From NCBI GenBank assembly GCA_026414305.1, contig JAOAJH010000005.1, positions 1,612-65,611 of the forward strand: 64,000 nt of DNA, read 5' to 3'. The stretch comes from Candidatus Aenigmatarchaeota archaeon (GTDB taxonomy: Archaea > Aenigmatarchaeota > Aenigmatarchaeia > CG10238-14). The position numbers were made by a program, and so were the translations under genes. Numbering within the stretch: the stretch's first letter is position 1; the number at the start of each line of letters is the position of its first letter. The notes beneath the pieces were generated by a model, which saw only the letters and a program-made list of their open reading frames with translations, did not search any database and was not told the DNA's origin. Of the stretch, positions 58,901 to 64,000 are shown one piece after another.

Positions 58901-59033
58901 ATGGAGCTCTGCTCCTATTTTTTATTTTTGATTTCATAATAGAAGAAGGCAACCAATTCATCTACGGGCTAAAGCCCACAGATTTCTTGGTTGGATATTA
59001 AAAATTTAATCCTATTTTTTACAATAAAATCTC

Positions 59034-59318
59034 TTAATAGACAAAGCTTGGAAAAATCTTCTGGCTTTTTCCTGCCTCCATAATAGCATAAAACAATTTG
59101 CCTTGAAAGGTCGCAAAGATGCTGCCAAACACTGTTCTTAACAGATTCTGTAAAATTCCGTCATAATAAAGCTGCATTGCCATTAGCATGTATTCTTTCA
59201 AGGCAAAAACATCATCTTCATCATATATTGTCCTTATTATCTCATTCATTTGAAGGCATGGTTGATGCTTAGTCATTTTAATCACGAATTTGAAATTTAA
59301 TTTAAAAATTACAGTCAA
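59034..59318 (-). CDS. Small hypothetical protein (94 aa)
   Basis: ORF with normal composition. No motif recognised. Confidence 0.25.
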   Translation of the reverse strand: MTVIFKLNFKFVIKMTKHQPCLQMNEIIRTIYDEDDVFALKEYMLMAMQLYYDGILQNLLRTVFGSIFATFQGKLFYAIMEAGKSQKIFPSFVY

Positions 59319-59595
59319 TTATTTAAATTTTGGTTTAATTCTAAATCTTATGTGCTTGAATACATCAAATCACTACATAAGGATAACTGGCAGACGAAGC
59401 GTAAGTGAAATTTCAGAGACGTTTAGATCAAGAGGGATTTACGAAGCACAAATGGATGGAGTGACTGTAAAATTCGGTAAAGACTTCATTCAAATAATTC
59501 CAGAAAATCAAGGAGTTGCACATGATCTTTCTAAGGAAGGGCTTTACAGAATTAGAACAGTAGATGAAAAATATATCATTAAAAAATTAAAATGA
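59290..59595 (+). CDS. Small hypothetical protein (101 aa)
   Basis: ORF only. Confidence 0.25.
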   Translation: MKFNLKITVNYLNFGLILNLMCLNTSNHYIRITGRRSVSEISETFRSRGIYEAQMDGVTVKFGKDFIQIIPENQGVAHDLSKEGLYRIRTVDEKYIIKKLK

Positions 59596-59667
59596 GGCAT
59601 AAACAAATTTTATACTTTTTATACAACAAAAAATTTAATATTGAAAATCGCTTTATTATAAGATAAA

Positions 59668-60939
59668 ATGAAATCGCCTAGGCTTTTTTCTATACTTTTG
59701 TCAGGTCTTTTAATAGCGTTGATTGTGCTTTCAGGCCCGGGCTATGGCATTGACATATTCATCAACGGCTTGTCACTGCACAATCAAAACCAAAAGGTGC
59801 CTTTTAGCGTGATTGCTGACATAAGGCAGGACGAGCTAATTCCTATAAATTATGTCAACATAACTTTGACATTTCCCAATTCCACACAAGCCAGATGTCA
59901 AATATATCCAAATGGCACTGTAGTGGGATGCAATTTCATTGAATTCAACCAGATAGCATTCTCTGGAAGCTACGGATATGGCTACGGATATGGATATGAA
60001 AACACAACAAGATATGAGCTTGGTTATGGTTATGGATATAGCAACGGCATAATGGATTTGAAGCTTTATTTGAACACATCATTCCTACCCATAGGAAACC
60101 ATAAAATAAAGGCAGAAATATATGCAGGCACATCTAATGCGAGGTTGTTTTCTTCGCCAACGTCTGAATTCTTCATATCTCCTTTCATCATAACTACGAC
60201 TATGGTTACAACAACTCCAACTACGACAACCACAGCAGCTACAACTACACCTGTGACGACTACAACGACGGCTTTGCCTACAACTACGACAACGGCTCCT
60301 GTTACAACGACAATTTTGACAACCACTACGACACCAACTACAACTACAACAATTACAACCACTCCTGTGACCACGACAGCTGTGATAACGACTACAACGA
60401 TACCTGTGACAACAACCACTGTACCTACTACGATGACGACGACTACAACGACGGCTTTGCCTACAACTACTACAACCACGACAACTATACCTAGCATCTG
60501 CAATGGAAAGGCCTTTGCTAACTGTCTGTTTTATGAACAATGCCAATGGGTTGGGGACACAAGGCTGGGAAAATGCGTTGAAAAGCAGATTGCAACAACT
60601 ACTGTGGTGACGACAACAACAGAAGCAGTTACGACGACAATAATGTCAACAACTACATTTATCACACCAACCACAACAACAATTGCAACCGTTTGCGACG
60701 GCAAAGGTTTTGTAAACTGCATATTAATGAGCCAATGCAGATGGGTAGGTGATACAAAAACAGGAAAATGCATGATTGATCCAAGCTATTTACCTACAAC
60801 AACAACCACAGAATCAACTGTAACTACAACAACCTTGATGCCTGTAAATTGCTATTCAAAACCGCTTTTCAGCTGTCTGATGAATTCTGAATGCAGGTGG
60901 GTCGGCGATTTAAGATTAGGATCTTGCCATCCAAAATAA
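59668..60939 (+). CDS. Secreted protein: N-terminal GYGYG-motif beta domain, long poly-Thr linker, three C-terminal CxWVG four-Cys modules
   Basis: Signal peptide. GSYGYGYGYGYENTTRYELGYGYGYSNGIMDLKLY. About 110-residue T/P/V linker. Modules CNGKAFANCLFYEQCQWVGDTRLGKC, CDGKGFVNCILMSQCRWVGDTKTGKC and CYSKPLFSCLMNSECRWVGDLRLGSC. Confidence 0.55.
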   Translation: MKSPRLFSILLSGLLIALIVLSGPGYGIDIFINGLSLHNQNQKVPFSVIADIRQDELIPINYVNITLTFPNSTQARCQIYPNGTVVGCNFIEFNQIAFSGSYGYGYGYGYENTTRYELGYGYGYSNGIMDLKLYLNTSFLPIGNHKIKAEIYAGTSNARLFSSPTSEFFISPFIITTTMVTTTPTTTTTAATTTPVTTTTTALPTTTTTAPVTTTILTTTTTPTTTTTITTTPVTTTAVITTTTIPVTTTTVPTTMTTTTTTALPTTTTTTTTIPSICNGKAFANCLFYEQCQWVGDTRLGKCVEKQIATTTVVTTTTEAVTTTIMSTTTFITPTTTTIATVCDGKGFVNCILMSQCRWVGDTKTGKCMIDPSYLPTTTTTESTVTTTTLMPVNCYSKPLFSCLMNSECRWVGDLRLGSCHPK

Positions 60940-61306
60940 TTTTCTATTTTGTATAAAATCAAATAAAAAGCAACTAATTACCCCTACAGAAAGTTTTTGA
61001 TAAATTACTGATTTCATCTTGATTTTTTCTGAAGCCTTTGTTGTGCTTCAAATTCTTCTAAAATTAAAGATGCTTCTTGAGCACCGTATTGTTTTGTCAA
61101 GTACCTTGCAAATTCGTCATATGGCTTGAACTCATTTTTCTGTGATTTTGCTTTATATTGTTGTCTTTCTTCTTGTTTGTCTTTATACTCGGTTCCATTC
61201 ATCAATAAATAATATTATGATAAAGAATTTAAGTAAATTTGTTGTATGATTTATCCGAAAACATAAAAAGTAAAACCATTAAATTTATGAAACCCTTAAA
61301 ATTTTC

Positions 61307-62491
61307 ATGCTTTTCCATGCAATAATTGCAAGCGCGGCAACATTCCTGGCAATGCTGATAAACTATTTTTTCCACTTTACAATGACAAGGATGCTTTCGC
61401 CTGACATTTATGGCGAGTTGTCTATACTTATAGCCCTGCTAAGCTATGTGATCATTCCATCAACTGTGCTGCAGGTTTATTTCACAAGGGAAATGGCAAA
61501 ATCAAAAACAGACAAGCTTTTCAAAGGATATCTGAAATTCTCTCTCTTGATGGGATTGGCAATATCCATAATAATCTTTGGCGCATCGGCATACATATCA
61601 AACAAGCTCAATGACGTAAATTTAACCATGCCGATAAGAATAATTGCTTTGGGAATACCTTTTGCTTTCATGTTATCATCAGTCAGGTCATACCATCAGG
61701 CAAAGGAAAATTCAAACCTAATATCTTTTTTGATAGTCCTTGATCCGTTGATAAAAATATTAGCTGCAGTTGCTCTTGTCTACATGGGATTCGGCCTTGT
61801 GGGCGCATCAATGTCTCTTGTGCTGCCAGCAATCATAATATTTTTTGTATTCATAAAACTTTATTTCAAAAAAGGCAACTCTGAGTTTGACATAAAGATC
61901 ATAAAGCCTATAGCAATGCTGCTGCTTTTGCAAGTCCTGCTTGCAGTTGTGTTTTACATTGACCTTTTCTTTGTTAGATATTATCTTGGGCCTGAGCAAG
62001 CAGGCTATTACAATGCCGTTTCTATAACTTCAAAGGTGATAGCATATTCAATAGGTGGCATAAGCATTGTCACTTATCCAAAATACGCAAAAATAGACAT
62101 GAAAAAAGACATGAAAAAGGCAAAGGACATGATGCTAAAGTCAATAGCTTTTGTAATACCTATTTTCATAATCTTTGTTTTAATGCCTGAATTCATAATA
62201 AAGACTCTTTACACTGAAAAGTATGTCGTGGCAGCAGGCGCATTTGTCATACTTTGCTTTGGCATGCTTTTCAACACAATATTCAGAATAATAATGGATT
62301 TCATGATATCGCAAAGAATGGAAAAGTCAATAATAGCAATGGGCGCAATAGCAGTAATTATCGACATTGTTCTCTTGAGCATGCTGGTTCCATCAAGAGG
62401 AATATCAGGAGCTGCAATAGCAACATCAGCAACATTTCTTCTGCTTTTGTTGATGTCGCTTGCAATAATTACAAAAAATTTAAAAAAATAA
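61307..62491 (+). CDS. MOP-superfamily (Wzx-like) polysaccharide/oligosaccharide flippase
   Basis: 394 aa, 10-12 TM, with composition and loop pattern typical of polysaccharide biosynthesis proteins. Confidence 0.55.
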   Translation: MLFHAIIASAATFLAMLINYFFHFTMTRMLSPDIYGELSILIALLSYVIIPSTVLQVYFTREMAKSKTDKLFKGYLKFSLLMGLAISIIIFGASAYISNKLNDVNLTMPIRIIALGIPFAFMLSSVRSYHQAKENSNLISFLIVLDPLIKILAAVALVYMGFGLVGASMSLVLPAIIIFFVFIKLYFKKGNSEFDIKIIKPIAMLLLLQVLLAVVFYIDLFFVRYYLGPEQAGYYNAVSITSKVIAYSIGGISIVTYPKYAKIDMKKDMKKAKDMMLKSIAFVIPIFIIFVLMPEFIIKTLYTEKYVVAAGAFVILCFGMLFNTIFRIIMDFMISQRMEKSIIAMGAIAVIIDIVLLSMLVPSRGISGAAIATSATFLLLLLMSLAIITKNLKK

Positions 62492-62507
62492 AGCATTTGT
62501 ATTAATT

Positions 62508-62864
62508 ATGGATTATTATGAACAGACTGTTTGCATCTACAAAAGCTCAAAAGGAAACTATTGGTTGTTTGAAAGACCTGGCGACTTTTTAAGGCTATTG
62601 AGAAAAGGAGAATGGTTCGGCATTTTTGCTGACTTAAAACCTTTTCATGTCAACGATTTGAAAAATTACATGATGAGAAATGGCTTTTTTGAAGTTCAGG
62701 CAAATGACATTTATAGTAGAGTGGAAGAGATGGGCGAATGCGCAATTTTTTTAATATACAAAGGTGCTTGCTATTCAAAAAAACTAGAAAGGATGAAAAT
62801 TTTCGAAAGTGCTGAAAGAATAGTTGCAATAATGCCTATAAGCGATCATCGATCCCACCAATAA
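62508..62864 (+). CDS. Hypothetical protein (118 aa)
   Basis: ORF only. Confidence 0.3.
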   Translation: MDYYEQTVCIYKSSKGNYWLFERPGDFLRLLRKGEWFGIFADLKPFHVNDLKNYMMRNGFFEVQANDIYSRVEEMGECAIFLIYKGACYSKKLERMKIFESAERIVAIMPISDHRSHQ

Positions 62865-63580
62865 TCCAGATCCATCCCATGAAAAATCTCTTCAATTAAT
62901 TTTATTCTTTTTCCATCAAGCTTTGTCTTGTCATGGCAGTAATACTGGACAGAGTATGCCAAATCCTCAAATGGATTGAGTATTTTTCCTATGTCAAAAA
63001 CCCTGCAATATTCGCCTTCATAAGACCATCTTCCTTTTGAAAAAACCCATCCAGTGTGCTTTGCCCATTTGTAAACAACATCAAAATTTTCTGGCTCATA
63101 GCTGTAAGCATGAACAAATTCATGCAAAAGCACTGATCTTACCAATGGGTGTTGAAATATCTCCCTGTCCAAATTCAACACGATCGATTCTCCAGGAAGC
63201 AAAACAGGAATTGCGCCATTGCATCCATAAAATCTTGAAAATTTGCTGTAAAAACCTGAAACAGAATCTTTCCTATTTTTCGCCAATATTATTTCAGAAT
63301 CTTTCATGTAATTTCTGAATTCTTCTGGAACCAAATCAATAGCCTCTTTTACTCTGTCCATTTCTTCTTGTGTCATATTTGTATTCGGATAAAGTTCATG
63401 CTGGCACCAAGAAAAAGGATTCCACATATTTTCAGTCATCACTTCTGCCCTAGGGTATGAATTTGCCTGAATTATGTGTATGTCTTTATGAGCAATTCTG
63501 CTGCTAACTGGAGACAAGCTTTCCAATGCAAAAAACACCAAAGCAGCTGTCGCAAAAATTTTTTTCAAATCAAATTTCAT
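62846..63580 (-). CDS. Secreted HExxH zinc metallopeptidase-like protein
   Basis: Signal peptide MKFDLKKIFATAALVFFALESLS. VLLHEFVHAYSYE contains HExxH. Confidence 0.45.
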   Translation of the reverse strand: MKFDLKKIFATAALVFFALESLSPVSSRIAHKDIHIIQANSYPRAEVMTENMWNPFSWCQHELYPNTNMTQEEMDRVKEAIDLVPEEFRNYMKDSEIILAKNRKDSVSGFYSKFSRFYGCNGAIPVLLPGESIVLNLDREIFQHPLVRSVLLHEFVHAYSYEPENFDVVYKWAKHTGWVFSKGRWSYEGEYCRVFDIGKILNPFEDLAYSVQYYCHDKTKLDGKRIKLIEEIFHGMDLDYWWDR

Positions 63581-63652
63581 GAATTTTAAATAAAAGTTAC
63601 GTTTTTAAGGTTTCAGCAAAAGTTTAAATGCTTCACATTTTCAGATAATTTA

Positions 63653-64000
63653 TGGTAAGAGGAAACACAAATTTTTGGAAAGATTACAACCAGGCAGTCC
63701 CAGAGCCAATGATATTTCACAAAATGAATCATGGTTGGCTTGAATGCAAATGCACAGACCCTGAATTTACAGACTCTGCTGTTCTTCATAGCGGAAATAA
63801 CTTGAGAATTCTAATATCCAAATATTTCGGAAAAGAAATTGATTTGGACGGATATGGATACGGCTCTGTTGTTGCTTTCATACCAAATCAAAACAATGGA
63901 TATGAAAAACTTATCCGAGAGTTTAGTCAAAAAAAACCTGTTGCAAAAAGCCCATCCTACACGCTTTACATAATAGAAAATGAGCAAGATGAAATAACTT
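63653..64000 (+). CDS. Partial ORF running off the window end; contains a DGYGYGS motif like the GYGYG surface-protein domain
   Basis: ATG at 63653 and no stop before 64000. MVRGNTNFWKDYNQ...DLDGYGYGSVVAF. Confidence 0.25.

Noticed and set aside
58717-59001. 94-aa plus-strand ORF as a TnpB or accessory IS gene
   Set aside because: It is far too short for TnpB and has no motifs. It overlaps the tnpA 5' end antisense and is probably spurious.
60066-60773. Minus-strand ORFs encoding poly-Val/Gly, Cys/Arg/Ser-rich or other low-complexity peptides (60066-60503, 60085-60546, 60531-60773)
   Set aside because: These are antisense or frame-shifted readings of the ACN-codon (poly-Thr) repeats of the 59668-60939 gene. 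The same explanation applies to 31561-31800 and 33967-34227.
1-64000. Global reassignment of TAG to a sense codon
   Set aside because: TAG terminates several well-supported genes exactly where homolog-length proteins end.

Overview
This is an AT-rich window of roughly 30-35% GC, with an even lower-GC island at about 49.7-55.3 kb. It appears to come from an archaeon, probably a DPANN-like lineage; that placement is inference. The archaeal assignment rests on an FtsZ, a Hef/XPF-type helicase and ERCC4 nuclease, a type IA topoisomerase with C-terminal Zn ribbons, a DUF460-like protein, Chlor_Arch_YYY and TIGR03663-like GT-C membrane proteins, and an exosortase/archaeosortase-like protein. Coding density is high and many genes are translationally coupled. 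Three themes recur. (i) Glycosylation machinery is unusually concentrated: at least five GT2 Dol-P-hexose-synthase-like genes, at least four GT4 genes, five GT-C-like polytopic membrane proteins, two MOP/Wzx-like flippases, an SMR-like 4-TM protein, a NodU/CmcH carbamoyltransferase and an FAD oxidoreductase. (ii) There is a large family of secreted or membrane-anchored proteins with poly-Thr (or Ser/Gly) linkers and a recurring ~26-aa four-Cys 'C..F..C....C.W[VI]G....G.C' module. These occur alongside a short archaeosortase-like gene and at least one PEF-CTERM-like tail. (iii) Gene decay and mobility are visible: an intact IS200/IS605-type TnpA, a Thr-rich surface-protein gene with two in-frame stops plus the IS next to it, and a prokaryotic pentameric ligand-gated ion channel interrupted by a single in-frame TAG. 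A TIGR03663/PMT-like gene is cut by an in-frame TAG between its membrane and CBM-like parts, and Hef is split into helicase and nuclease ORFs. Housekeeping genes are ftsZ, topoisomerase IA, hef, a YchF/DRG-like GTPase, a YbaK-type deacylase and a KH protein. The most interesting hypothesis is a PMT-like protein O-glycosylation system made of DPM1-like GT2 paired with YYY/TIGR03663 GT-C enzymes. It would act on the Thr-linker surface proteins that the archaeosortase-like enzyme anchors. No rRNA, tRNA or CRISPR array was recognised. All functional calls rest on motif-level reading of the supplied translations; no database search was possible.
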